From positions 224,001 through 288,000 of the forward strand of contig CAWBOC010000005.1 of assembly GCA_963790305.1 (NCBI GenBank): DNA of 64,000 nt, written 5' to 3'. The stretch's first letter is position 1, and each line of letters starts with the position of its first letter. Positions 30,262 through 39,768 of the stretch are shown here, piece by piece. The DNA comes from an uncultured Gemmatimonadaceae bacterium (lineage in GTDB: Bacteria; Gemmatimonadota; Gemmatimonadetes; Gemmatimonadales; Gemmatimonadaceae). The notes below the pieces were generated by a model. The model saw nothing but the letters and a program-made list of their open reading frames with translations. It was not told where the DNA came from and made no database searches. Position numbers and translations under genes: made by a program.

Positions 30262-31219
30262 ATGGACAACCTCGCCCACACCCTGACTGGACTCGCGATC
30301 GCCGAGGCCGGCCTTCGCCGCAAGACGGCCCTCGGCGCCACGACGCTCGCGATCGCCGCCAACCTCCCGGACATCGACGCATTCATCTATTTCGTCGGCG
30401 ACGGCATCGACGCGCTCGCCTTTCGTCGCGGGTGGACGCACGGAATTCTCGCGATGCTCGTGCTCCCCGTGCTCCTCGCCGCACTCATGCGCGGGGCGAG
30501 CCGGCTTCGCAAACCGGCTGCTGACGCCCCCGCCACGAGCTGGCGATGGCTCATCGCGCTCTCGGCGATCGGGGTGTGGTCGCACCCGCTGCTGGATTTG
30601 CTCAACACGTACGGCGTGCGCCTCCTGATGCCGTTCTCGAATCGATGGTTCTACGGCGACACGCTGTTCATCATCGATCTCTGGCTCTGGCTTGCGCTTC
30701 TCGTCGGCATTCTGCTGTCGCGGAGGCGCACTTTGCGACTCACCGCCAACCCGGAACGTCCGGCTCAGACTGGCGATCGCGCTCGTTGGCGTGTACGTCG
30801 TGTGCATGGCCATATCCTCACGGGTGGGCCGCGGTATCGTCGACCAACAGGCGAGCGGGGAGCGCGCCGACCGCATCATGGTCTCTCCGATTCCAGTGAC
30901 ACCCTTTCGTCGCGTCGTGGTGCGCGATCTGGGCGATCGCTACGAGACCGGAGCGCTGGCGTTAGGCGGGGCGACGGCGTATCGACCAACGGGCCAGACA
31001 CCGACGGGACGCGACAGCGATCTGGCGGCGGCTGCCGCACGAACGCCCGACGGCGCCGCGTTCCTCTCGTGGTCCCGCTTTCCGCGGTTCGCCGCCGAGC
31101 CCTCGAGTGATGGGCTGTCGGTACGAATCAGCGACATGCGCTACGCGGATGTCCGCGGCCGTGGATGGGCATCGGTGGTAGTCCGTATCCCTGCCGAGGA
31201 CCGCCTAGGGGATCAGTGA
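30262..31219 (+). CDS. YdjM-like membrane metal-dependent hydrolase (apparent frameshift near 30766)
   Basis: MDNLAHTL, NLPDID, RRGWTHG, SHPLLDLLNTYG, FIID; continues in ORF 30692..31219. Confidence 0.85.
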
Positions 31220-32260
31220 TCGCTGGAAGGCACGATCCCAGACAGCGAGTGCCGGCTTGGGGCTCAGCTGCGTGTTCACGAGCCCGAGGTACGCGAACAG
31301 CGGAAGGATCGAGCCGGGTGGAACAGGATAGGAGGTAAGATCGAGATCCGTGAACGTGATCTGATAGACCCCTGCGAGATGCGCTTCGTCCGCCAACTGC
31401 CACTGCCTGGCGATCCATCGCGCCTGCTTGTCGGGCGAGGACGTTATCGCCGCGAGGGACCCCGACGTCCATCCACCTTCCATGATCATCATGGGGAGGT
31501 CGTGGTCTTCGCCCAGCCGAGCGTAGTAATTCAGCGGCACCTGTTCCGGCTCGGCGAAGCCAGCCAGGAAGGGATAGGACGAGAGACCCAGGCCGCGAAC
31601 GAAGGGGAAGTCCGCGAGATCCACCCCGATGCCGACGAACTGGTTCGTCCCCTGTAGACGGCCCCAGGCGACGTCGACCTGGACGGTGACCGACAACCTC
31701 GCTCGCGCGGCCGATCCGCCGAGCGCCTGTGCCGTTGCGTTCACCATGTCGCGCAGCGCGTCATAGGTCTCACGCGGCGCCGCAAGGCGAACGAGGTTCG
31801 TCTCCATCGCCAGCGCGAGGTCCGACGGCCGGAGGATGCTGTCCACCGCCATCACGTACTCGCGGTACACCTGCTGCACCTCGGGCTCTCGAATGGATCG
31901 GCCGAGCTCGACGAGCTCCGGCGCTTCGCGCTCGCGGGCGAGGCCGTCGGTCGCATCGACCATCGCGACCACCTCGAGCCCGCGGCCACGGTACGCCTGC
32001 ACCAGGTCGAGCTGATCGCGCCGCACGAGCACACGGGCGCTCGTGTCGGCGAGCAGACTCTTCCAGGGAACACCCAGCGAGAGCAACGCCCCGTCGGCGC
32101 GTGGCATCCACATCTCGACGGTCTGGATCACCGACTCGATGGTGAGTCGAGGCGGCGCCGACGAGAATCCCATCCGATACGAACGTCCTTGCGCCGGCGC
32201 GTCGGGCTCCGAACAGGCCACGACCGCGCCTAACAAGAGCGCAGCCGTGGCTCTGCTCAC
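31205..32260 (-). CDS. Hypothetical lipoprotein, TIM-barrel glycoside hydrolase-like
   Basis: VVAC lipobox; LAMETN, GLSSYP, IMEGGW, GLV...PKPALAVW resemble clan GH-A elements; GTGA overlap. Confidence 0.65.
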   Translation of the reverse strand: MSRATAALLLGAVVACSEPDAPAQGRSYRMGFSSAPPRLTIESVIQTVEMWMPRADGALLSLGVPWKSLLADTSARVLVRRDQLDLVQAYRGRGLEVVAMVDATDGLAREREAPELVELGRSIREPEVQQVYREYVMAVDSILRPSDLALAMETNLVRLAAPRETYDALRDMVNATAQALGGSAARARLSVTVQVDVAWGRLQGTNQFVGIGVDLADFPFVRGLGLSSYPFLAGFAEPEQVPLNYYARLGEDHDLPMMIMEGGWTSGSLAAITSSPDKQARWIARQWQLADEAHLAGVYQITFTDLDLTSYPVPPGSILPLFAYLGLVNTQLSPKPALAVWDRAFQRSLIP

Positions 32261-33438
32261 CGCGCGGTCTTCGGAACGACGCGGAGCAGCTTGCCGTTGG
32301 GCTCGTCGGTCACGAGATACAGGAGCCCGTCCGGCCCCTGCTGAACGTCGCGAATGCGCGCCCCGAGACTGTAGAGCTCCTCCCGCGTAACGCGCCCGTT
32401 CTCGATCGTGAGCCTCACCAGTGCACTCCGACCCATCGATCCGACAAACGCGCTCCCCTTCCATCCCGGGTAGCGGTCACCCGTGTAGAACGTCATGCCC
32501 GACGGCGCGATGACAGGATCCCAGTAGTAGACGGGTTGCTCCATCCCCTCTTTCTGGGCGCCCTCGCCGATCGACCCGCCCGAGTAGTCGCGACCGTAGG
32601 TAATGACCGGCCACCCATAATTCTTTCCCTTCTCGGGACGGTTCAGCTCGTCGCCTCCCGCCGCGCCATGCTCGACCGTCCATAGCTGCCCCGTTTCGGG
32701 GTGGAGCGCCGCCGCCTGCGCGTTCCGGTGACCGAGCGACCAGATCTCCGGTCGCGCATCGTTGCGTCCAACGAACGGGTTATCTGATGGGATGCTGCCG
32801 TCCGGGTTGATGCGCACGACCTTCCCGATCCCTGACGACAGCTGCTGCGCCTGCTGGCGGAACGATCCTGATTGCCGGTCGCCCTGGGTGACGAAGAGCT
32901 TGCCATCGCGCGAGAACACGAGCCGCGAGCCGTAGTGGCCGCCGCTGCGAACCTTGGGCTCCTGCCGGTAGATCACCTGGACGTTGTCGAGTCGTCCATT
33001 CCCGAGCCGCCCGCGAGCGACCGACGTGCCCGAGACTCCGCCTTCGCCCGGCTCGGAGAAGGAGAGATACACCAGCTGGTTCTGCGCAAAGTCGGGATCG
33101 ATCGCGACGTCGAGCAATCCACCCTGACTCACCGCCTGCACCGCTGGGACGCCGCCGAGTGGCTCCGAGAGACGTCCGCTCGTGTCGACGATGCGAAGCC
33201 GGCCGGGCCGCTCGGTGACGAGGATGCGACCATCAGGCAGGAACGCGAGCCCCCATGGGTGCTCGAGACCGCTGACGACGGTCTCGGCCGTGACGTTCCC
33301 ATCGATCGACCGAGGCTGCGGGGACGCCTGAGCCGGGCCCGTGCGAGCCGGCTGCGCCTTGCATTGGGTCACCAGGGGCGCTGCGACGAGCAGGAACGCC
33401 AACGTCATCGTCCAGCGGGGCATACCGGTGGATCGCAT
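32257..33438 (-). CDS. yliI: PQQ-dependent soluble aldose sugar dehydrogenase (YliI/Asd type)
   Basis: LEHPWGLAFLPDG, QGGLLDV, HYGSRL, GHRN, EHG..GGDELN, NYGWP, APSG, RIRDV. Confidence 0.9.
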   Translation of the reverse strand: MRSTGMPRWTMTLAFLLVAAPLVTQCKAQPARTGPAQASPQPRSIDGNVTAETVVSGLEHPWGLAFLPDGRILVTERPGRLRIVDTSGRLSEPLGGVPAVQAVSQGGLLDVAIDPDFAQNQLVYLSFSEPGEGGVSGTSVARGRLGNGRLDNVQVIYRQEPKVRSGGHYGSRLVFSRDGKLFVTQGDRQSGSFRQQAQQLSSGIGKVVRINPDGSIPSDNPFVGRNDARPEIWSLGHRNAQAAALHPETGQLWTVEHGAAGGDELNRPEKGKNYGWPVITYGRDYSGGSIGEGAQKEGMEQPVYYWDPVIAPSGMTFYTGDRYPGWKGSAFVGSMGRSALVRLTIENGRVTREELYSLGARIRDVQQGPDGLLYLVTDEPNGKLLRVVPKTAR

Positions 33439-33576
33439 CTCTTACTCCTTAATGAGCGGGTCTGCTGAAGTGTGGCTCGCGGGCGCACCTCATGCAACGA
33501 CACTACCGGAGTGGGGCGTGCGAAAGTTGCAAGGAACGCCGCCATTGTAATTCCCGCACTCAAGGAGATCGGCGAG

Positions 33577-34972
33577 ATGACGAGGAGCCGCGGTGGTGCC
33601 AGACGGCCGTTGACGTACGCGATGATGGTTGCGGCGGTTGCTGTCAGCGCATGTCAGCGGGGCGAGCGCGCGTCGGAGGGTGGCGATACCTCTTCCACGG
33701 CGCGCGGCGGGGGCGACACGAGCGCGGCATGTCCGGCCGACAATGGCGGCATCACGCTGCCGGCCGGCTTTTGCGCCACCGTCTTCGCCGACACGGTGGG
33801 GCACGCGCGCCACATGGTGGTCGCGCCTAACGGCGTCGTGTACGTCAACACGTGGAGCGGGCGCTATTACGGTAATGCGCCGGCACCGCGCGGAGGGTTC
33901 CTCGTCGCGCTCCGCGACACGACCGGCGACGGCGTGGCCGACGTGCGGATGCGGTTTGGCGACAGTGTGCGCAGCGGCGGCATTGGCGGTACGGGGATCG
34001 CCCTTCACGACGGCGATCTCTTCGCCGAGACCAACGACAAGATCGTTCGGTATGACCTTGCCGCTGACGCGATCACTCCGAGCGCCTCGCCGACGACTGT
34101 CGTCAGCGGGCTTCCCCTGACGGGCGGCCATCCGGCCCACCCCTTCGCGATCGCGTCGAATGGGGCACTGTTCGTCAACTCAGGCTCGGCGACGAACGCC
34201 TGCGGCGTTCGCGATCGCGAGCCTGGGTCACGCGGCCACGACCCGTGCACGGAGCTGCGGACCCGCGCCGGCATTCTGGCGATACGACGCAAATCGCACC
34301 GGACAAACCTTTTCCCCCGCGGAGCGCTTCGCGACAGGCATCCGAAACGCCATCGGCATCACCATCGGCCCGAACGGAGCGCTCTTCGCGACGCAACATG
34401 GCCGTGATCAGCTAGTCGAGAGTTGGCCGGCACTCTACACCGTGGAGCAGGGACAGAATCTTCCCGCGGAGGAGCTGCTTCAGGTCGAAGAGGGCGGCGA
34501 CTACGGGTGGCCGTACTGCTACTACGATGACACGAAGCGTCAGCTGGTTGTGGCCCCCGAGTATGGTGGCAACGGAAGCGACGTCGGGCGGTGTGCCTCC
34601 ATGCGCGGCCCCACCGCGACCTTCCCCGCCCACTGGGCGCCTAACGGCGTGGTGTTCTACTCGGGGGATCGGTTCCCGGCCCGATATCGCGGCGGTGCCT
34701 TCATCGCCTTCCATGGGTCATGGAATCGCGCCCCGGGTCCTCAAGGCGGGTACAACGTGGTGTTCGTTCCATTCTCGGGGGCCAATCCGTCGGGGGCATT
34801 CGAGGCGTTCGCGGACGGATTCGCAGGCACGGAGAAATCGCCGGACCGCGCTGCGCATCGCCCGTCAGGCCTCGCGGTGGGGCCCGACGGGTCGCTGTAC
34901 ATCAGTGATGACAAGGCGGGACGAATCTGGCGCGTCGTCTATCGAGGCGCGCAGGGTGGTGCCAGCCGTTAG
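33577..34972 (+). CDS. PQQ-dependent sugar/sorbosone dehydrogenase family lipoprotein (apparent frameshift near 34276)
   Basis: VSAC lipobox; LPAGFCA.VFA, GSATNAC; then GIRN, DYGWPYCY, AHWAP, AFHGSWNR, RPSGLAVGPDGSLYISDD in the next frame. Confidence 0.87.
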
Positions 34973-35388
34973 GCAGCGCGACCCGGCAGATCCTCGACCA
35001 CCGCTGGTGCGGCGGGGCCAATCACCTCGGCGAAGCCACCGTACCGCCACACGGCACGGTTGAGGCGCGACGTCGCCCGCACGAGATCGTACGCGCGCAG
35101 GCGAACAGGAGCCCGCACGATGACGAAGCCATGGGCATCGGGATGGCGATCGAGCGCGGTGAACCCGGCCAGCGCGATCGCCGAGAGTGCCATGTCGGCC
35201 AGCTCGGGCGTGTGCAGCGCGAGTGAGAAGTCGACGTCGCATTCCTCGCCGATGGCGTAGCCATCCTCCGCGAGCCGCTCCACTTCACGAGCGGCGAGGC
35301 TCCGGGGCCATGCCGCGGAGAGCGCAGCCGTGGCGACATCGATGACGTCCACTGCAAGTGCTGGTGCGTGGTCGAGTAGGTGGCTCAT
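34969..35388 (-). CDS. Hypothetical protein, weakly RraB-like
   Basis: L.EDG.....VDF...A...AGF...L.RAV..YGG pattern; AAGGA RBS upstream. Confidence 0.45.
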   Translation of the reverse strand: MSHLLDHAPALAVDVIDVATAALSAAWPRSLAAREVERLAEDGYAIGEECDVDFSLALHTPELADMALSAIALAGFTALDRHPDAHGFVIVRAPVRLRAYDLVRATSRLNRAVWRYGGFAEVIGPAAPAVVEDLPGRAA

Positions 35389-35520
35389 AACGATGTGTCC
35401 TTACGTTTTTTACAACGTGCTGCGGTCGTGTTCCGAGTGTGGGTTTGTCCACTTGGCATATCCCGGGCCGCGCACGGCGAAGGGGACAAACCCGGCGGCG
35501 GGGGCACGGTATGCCGGGGC

Positions 35521-36216
35521 CTAGGGCGTGCTTGCCTCTCTCACGAGCCTGAAGTCGTACTCCAGCGCGATCGTATCGGCGACGCTGAGCACCGATCGCA
35601 CCTGCGGCTTGTCCATCTGGAATTCAGTAAAGGCAAACTTCGTCGAGGCGGTCCCGGACACCTGTCCGTTTGCGACAGTGGCGTTCACGCGCCAGGTCGT
35701 CGGCCGCGTGACACCACGGACGGTGAGATCCCCCAGCAGGTCGAAGGTGGACGATCCCGATCCCGACGGCGGCAGCGTGATGCCTCGCGCCTCCGTGGGA
35801 ACGAAGACCACCGACGGATACTGCGCCGCTTGAAGGAGGCGCCCTCGCACGTAGTTGTCGCGCCGGTCGCGATCGCTCGCGAACGCGGCGGCGTCGATCA
35901 CGAACCGCGACGCATCGCGAATCACCTTGCCCGCGTCATCGATCGCGACGACACCGGTGACGGCCGTACTCTTGCCCACCGCGTCGTTGGGCAGATCGAA
36001 TCCCACGAGCTGCTCGCGGACGCGATAACGGACCTCGTTTCCCGACGGTGCGACGGTATAGCGTGTGCCCTCGACGGCGAGCGGCGCGAGCGCGCCGGCA
36101 CTGGTCGATGCTGTCGTGTCGATTGTCGCCGACTGCGCCTCATCCGAAGGCGCGCAGCCACCGAGAATCGACAGTCCCGCTGCGGCAGCGACGATGAAGT
36201 GACGTGTGCTGATCAT
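35521..36216 (-). CDS. YceI family lipid/polyisoprenoid-binding lipoprotein
   Basis: LGGC lipobox; YRVREQL, SDRDRRD, GDLTVRGVTRP. Confidence 0.88.
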   Translation of the reverse strand: MISTRHFIVAAAAGLSILGGCAPSDEAQSATIDTTASTSAGALAPLAVEGTRYTVAPSGNEVRYRVREQLVGFDLPNDAVGKSTAVTGVVAIDDAGKVIRDASRFVIDAAAFASDRDRRDNYVRGRLLQAAQYPSVVFVPTEARGITLPPSGSGSSTFDLLGDLTVRGVTRPTTWRVNATVANGQVSGTASTKFAFTEFQMDKPQVRSVLSVADTIALEYDFRLVREASTP

Positions 36217-36233
36217 TGATGATTCTCTCCGCA

Positions 36234-36707
36234 CTACGGGGCAAGATCCTCGGTCGACCACCGGGAGTAGTAGTTGATGAAATGCCCGCGGTGTGCGGCC
36301 AGTGCGTCGCGTGCACGCGTCTTGGACCCCTCGTCGCGAGAAGCGACCACGACCACGAAGTGTCCCGATTCGAGCTCCCGTACATGGCGAGCGGTGTGCT
36401 CGCGTTCTTCGCCCAGCGCATCCACCACCCGGAACAACCGAGCGAGCAGCCCTTTGCGCTTGCCTTGCGCATCGATCTGCTGAATTCCGCGCGCACCACA
36501 AAGCACGTGCACGTCCGACTCGCCAAACCCGCTCGAGACCAGCTCGTCCACGGCAGCCTCGAGGTCTTCCGAATTGTCGACGACGCCGACTACAGACTGG
36601 TACGGAAACAGCTTGTGCCCCTCCCGCTCGGTCGTCGGGCCGCGTTCCGCAGCTGGGGTCGTACGGTCGCCCTTTTCATGGGCCCGCTCCTCCGGATCCT
36701 GACGCAT
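36234..36707 (-). CDS. Hypothetical protein
   Basis: AAGGAG RBS; VVGVVD....AAVDELVSSGF...LESGHFVVVV. Confidence 0.7.
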   Translation of the reverse strand: MRQDPEERAHEKGDRTTPAAERGPTTEREGHKLFPYQSVVGVVDNSEDLEAAVDELVSSGFGESDVHVLCGARGIQQIDAQGKRKGLLARLFRVVDALGEEREHTARHVRELESGHFVVVVASRDEGSKTRARDALAAHRGHFINYYSRWSTEDLAP

Positions 36708-37164
36708 GCGACTCCTTGTCCAGGTTTGTCGGGCACGGAATTCAACCGCGCCAGCCTGCGAAACGCCGTCACCGTCTCGGACCGATCGACGCTCGCCCTG
36801 TTGAGCGCCTTCCAAGAATCTCGATAGTGCGGTCGTAGGTGGGCCGGTCCACTGGAAAGGGCGTGCCATGCACACGCTCCGATGCCGCGCGAGCGCTCTG
36901 ACGCGCGTCGCAGCACACCGCTTCGTGCGGCTCATCGACGAAGCTCTGCACGTGCGATGAGAGCCAGCGATATCGCCGCCCCGACGTCGAATCCGTCGAA
37001 CGGGCCAATTGCGGGTCGACATTCTGGGAAGCCGCGGGCCAGTGATGTAGATCACGCCCGCGCCGCCAGTTCGCGAGGGTACGCATCATGCCACGAAAAG
37101 GCAGCCTGTGGGTGAAACGCAGACTCACGGACGAATTGCGGGCAACGAACCACGGGAGCGAGAT

Positions 37165-37515
37165 ATGGGACTCTTCGACAAGGACCCCGATAAGAAGGAC
37201 AATGCGGGGAACAAGCCCAAGGCGGACTTCTCCAATGTCCGGGGCGGCAGCTCGGAAGACAACGCAGGGAACAAGGGCAAGGCGGACTTCTCCAATGTCC
37301 GGGGCGGCAGCTCCAGCACCGCGCCGAGCTCGCGGTCCGATGTGGAAGTGCGGAGCTATACCGTCGTCTCTGGCGATAGCCTGTCGAAAATCGCCAAGCG
37401 CGAGTACGGCGATGCACAGAAGTGGCGTCAGATCTACGAAGCGAATCGAGACCAGATCAAGGATCCAGACCTGATCCATCCGGGCCAGGTGCTCACCATT
37501 CCCGCCGAGCAGTGA
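37165..37515 (+). CDS. LysM peptidoglycan-binding domain protein
   Basis: YTVVSGDSLSKIAKREYG...WRQIYEANRDQIKDPDLIHPGQVLTIP. Confidence 0.92.
   Translation: MGLFDKDPDKKDNAGNKPKADFSNVRGGSSEDNAGNKGKADFSNVRGGSSSTAPSSRSDVEVRSYTVVSGDSLSKIAKREYGDAQKWRQIYEANRDQIKDPDLIHPGQVLTIPAEQ
37198..37317 (+). repeat. 60-bp in-frame tandem duplication in the LysM gene
   Basis: DNAGNKPKADFSNVRGGSSE / DNAGNKGKADFSNVRGGSSS, near-identical at DNA level. Confidence 0.95.
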
Positions 37516-37525
37516 GGAACCACTC

Positions 37526-37990
37526 ATGACGAGCAATCTTTCCAGCACGCTACTGAAGGGCGCATGCTTCGCGCTTGCGCTCACGACCTTCGCGTGCAAG
37601 GATCGCACGGAAGACGCGAGCACCACGACCTCCGGCGGCGCGGTTGCCGATGCGACGGTCATCGAGATCGCCGAAGTCGATCTGGGCAAGGGCATCCAGT
37701 CCGACAAGACGATCCGCGACGAGACCGATGACTTCGGGCAGCGCGATTCGGTCTACGCTTCCGTCCGCACCACGGGCGCGGCGAACTCCGCGACCATCAC
37801 CGCGCGCTGGACGTTCCAGGATGGCCAGCTCGTGGACGAGCGCACCGAGACAATCTCTCCCACGGGCTCGGGCGATGCGAACACGGTGTTCTTCATCACG
37901 CAGCCCAACGGCCTGCCGAAGGGGAACTACACGCTGACCGTTCTGTTGAACGGCGCCGAAGCGCAGAAGAAAGAGTTCGAGGTGAAGTAG
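37526..37990 (+). CDS. Hypothetical Ig-like lipoprotein
   Basis: GAGGA RBS; TFAC lipobox; beta-rich, PKGNYTLTVLLNG. Confidence 0.8.
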   Translation: MTSNLSSTLLKGACFALALTTFACKDRTEDASTTTSGGAVADATVIEIAEVDLGKGIQSDKTIRDETDDFGQRDSVYASVRTTGAANSATITARWTFQDGQLVDERTETISPTGSGDANTVFFITQPNGLPKGNYTLTVLLNGAEAQKKEFEVK

Positions 37991-38140
37991 GGATCAGGAG
38001 TCAGGAGTCAGGGATCAGGGAGGGAAAAGCAAACGGCGACGCACCGCGTCGCCGTTTGCTCATCTGATGAGGGCCGCTGCGCGCGAAGCGCGCGCGGCCC
38101 CTTTCCATCCCTGACCCCTGACTCCTGACTCCTGACCCCT
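37989..38140. repeat. Composite TCAGGAG inverted-repeat element with internal hairpins and CTCATCWGATGAG core
   Basis: 33-bp arms (37989-38021/38108-38140, 2 mismatches); 15-bp hairpin 38028-38060; core matches the reverse complement of 63041-63082. Confidence 0.92.
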
Positions 38141-38175
38141 GCCCTTGCTTGACACCCGCCGACGCCCGGTACTTC

Positions 38176-38189
38176 GTTCACCTATGAAC
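38176..38189. promoter_or_regulatory. Putative MarR operator GTTCA-N4-TGAAC overlapping the marR start codon
   Basis: Palindrome; near-identical copy at 38641-38654. Confidence 0.55.
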
Positions 38190-38606
38190 CGTCCCGCCGG
38201 CAAAGCCGATCCCGTCATGTTCTCGCTGCTCGAGGCGGCGCACGCACTCGAGCAACGCCTCGAGAGCGCACTGGCGGAGGTTGGGCTGTCGATGGCGAAG
38301 TACGGCGTCGTCTCCCAACTCGCCCGCTCCGGTGGGCCGCTGGCGCTCAGCGAGCTCGCGACGCGGCAGAGCTGCGTGCGCTCCAACATGACGCAGCTGA
38401 TCGACCGGCTCGAGGCCGACGGGCTCGTGCGCCGGGTGGACGACCCCGCCGATCGGCGCAGCGTCCGCGCCGCCATCACCCGCCTCGGCGAGGAACGCGC
38501 AGCGGCCGGCGCGCGCGCCATGAAGCGGGTCGAGGACGACTTCGCGGCGTCCATCCCCCCGCGGGACCGCGACATACTGACCCGGATGCTCGCCGGCTTC
38601 AAATAG
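38184..38606 (+). CDS. MarR family transcriptional regulator
   Basis: LS..Y.V...L, SNMTQLIDRLEADGLVRR..DPADRRS..ITRLG. Confidence 0.92.
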   Translation: MNRPAGKADPVMFSLLEAAHALEQRLESALAEVGLSMAKYGVVSQLARSGGPLALSELATRQSCVRSNMTQLIDRLEADGLVRRVDDPADRRSVRAAITRLGEERAAAGARAMKRVEDDFAASIPPRDRDILTRMLAGFK

Positions 38607-38640
38607 CGTCGCAGTCCGTGGCCCGGTCCCGGGAACTATG

Positions 38641-38654
38641 CTTCATATATGAAC
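38641..38654. promoter_or_regulatory. Putative MarR operator CTTCA-TATA-TGAAC
   Basis: AT-rich palindrome upstream of the OMP gene; matches 38176-38189. Confidence 0.55.
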
Positions 38655-38709
38655 GTTATTGATCCGTACAACGCAGTACGTGAACGTTCCCTTGTACGGA
38701 GGTGGTGTC

Positions 38710-39303
38710 ATGTCAGTCAGCCGTTCTGCTGTTTCGCGCCTCCTGGGTGGAGCCGCGGTGGTCGCGTTGGCCGTCGCCAATCCCCTCGAGGCACAATCCC
38801 AGTCGTCAGGCAACTTCGAGATCCGTCCGTACGTCGGCGCGTATCTCCCGACGGGTGATCAGCGCGACATTCTGAAGGACGCGGTTCTCCTCGGCGCGCA
38901 GGCGTCGTATCGCGTGATTCCGCAGCTCGCGATCACCGGCACGCTCGGATGGTCCCCGACCGAGGACAGAGTCGGAGCCGGCCAGACGCTGGACCTTCTG
39001 CAGTATGACGTCGGCGCGGAGCTTCGCGCGCCAGCGTGGGTTCAGCGCGCGTCGTGGGACTTCAGCCCATTCGTAGGTCTTGGCGTCGGGGGACGCACCT
39101 ATGACTACCGCGATCTCGACGTCGACGCCAAGACCAACGTCGCCGGGTACGGCGCGTTAGGCGGAGAGTTCGGGTTCGGGCAGTTTGGGCTACGCATCGA
39201 AGGCCGCGACTACGTATCCCGGTTCAAGCCGCTGACCGGTACTGGTGAGACCAAGACGAGAAATGACGTCGCGGTCGCCGCTGGCCTGACGATTCGCTTC
39301 TGA
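38710..39303 (+). CDS. Small outer membrane beta-barrel protein (OmpA-like transmembrane domain)
   Basis: GGAGGT RBS; signal peptide; alternating strands, SPFVGLGVG, C-terminal F. Confidence 0.82.
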   Translation: MSVSRSAVSRLLGGAAVVALAVANPLEAQSQSSGNFEIRPYVGAYLPTGDQRDILKDAVLLGAQASYRVIPQLAITGTLGWSPTEDRVGAGQTLDLLQYDVGAELRAPAWVQRASWDFSPFVGLGVGGRTYDYRDLDVDAKTNVAGYGALGGEFGFGQFGLRIEGRDYVSRFKPLTGTGETKTRNDVAVAAGLTIRF

Positions 39304-39408
39304 TCGTCCGCAGTCACCCGCTCCGCGCACCGCTGGCCAGTGGGTTCGGCCAGCGGTCGCGGGCACCGGGGCGCGCAGCCGCGCAGGGCGCGCGCACGCA
39401 GCGTCCTC

Positions 39409-39672
39409 TCAGGGTGTGGTGGTGGTCCGGCGCCTCGTGATGAGCCGGTACACCCAGAGAAGGATGACGGCCCCCAGCACTGAAACGATCCAGCCAGCGC
39501 TCTCCCCTGCGTCATACAACCCCACCGCTCGCCCGATCAGCGTACCCACCGTGGCGCCCGCGATTCCGATGAGGATCGTCACGATCCACCCGCCCGGATC
39601 TTTGCCCGGCATGACGAACTTCGCGATCAGGCCGACAATCAGTCCGATAATGATGGTGGTAATGATGGTCAC
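39409..39672 (-). CDS. GlsB/YeaQ/YmgE family (transglycosylase-associated) membrane protein
   Basis: IIIGLIVGLIAKFVMPGKDPGG..TILIGIAGA...SVLGAVILL. Confidence 0.92.
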   Translation of the reverse strand: MTIITTIIIGLIVGLIAKFVMPGKDPGGWIVTILIGIAGATVGTLIGRAVGLYDAGESAGWIVSVLGAVILLWVYRLITRRRTTTTP

Positions 39673-39768
39673 TGGGTTCCTCCGTCGAGGACTGAGGGTT
39701 GTGCCGCGTGCCTCATTGTTACGACCCCAATGCGCTTCGTGTCAATCCGCCGCGTTCGACGCTGAGCC

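Noticed and set aside
38064..38105. Hammerhead ribozyme (CTGATGA followed by a stem)
   Set aside because: The required GAAA after stem II is absent in both copies (CTTT/CTTA instead); CTGATGA is half of a DNA palindrome
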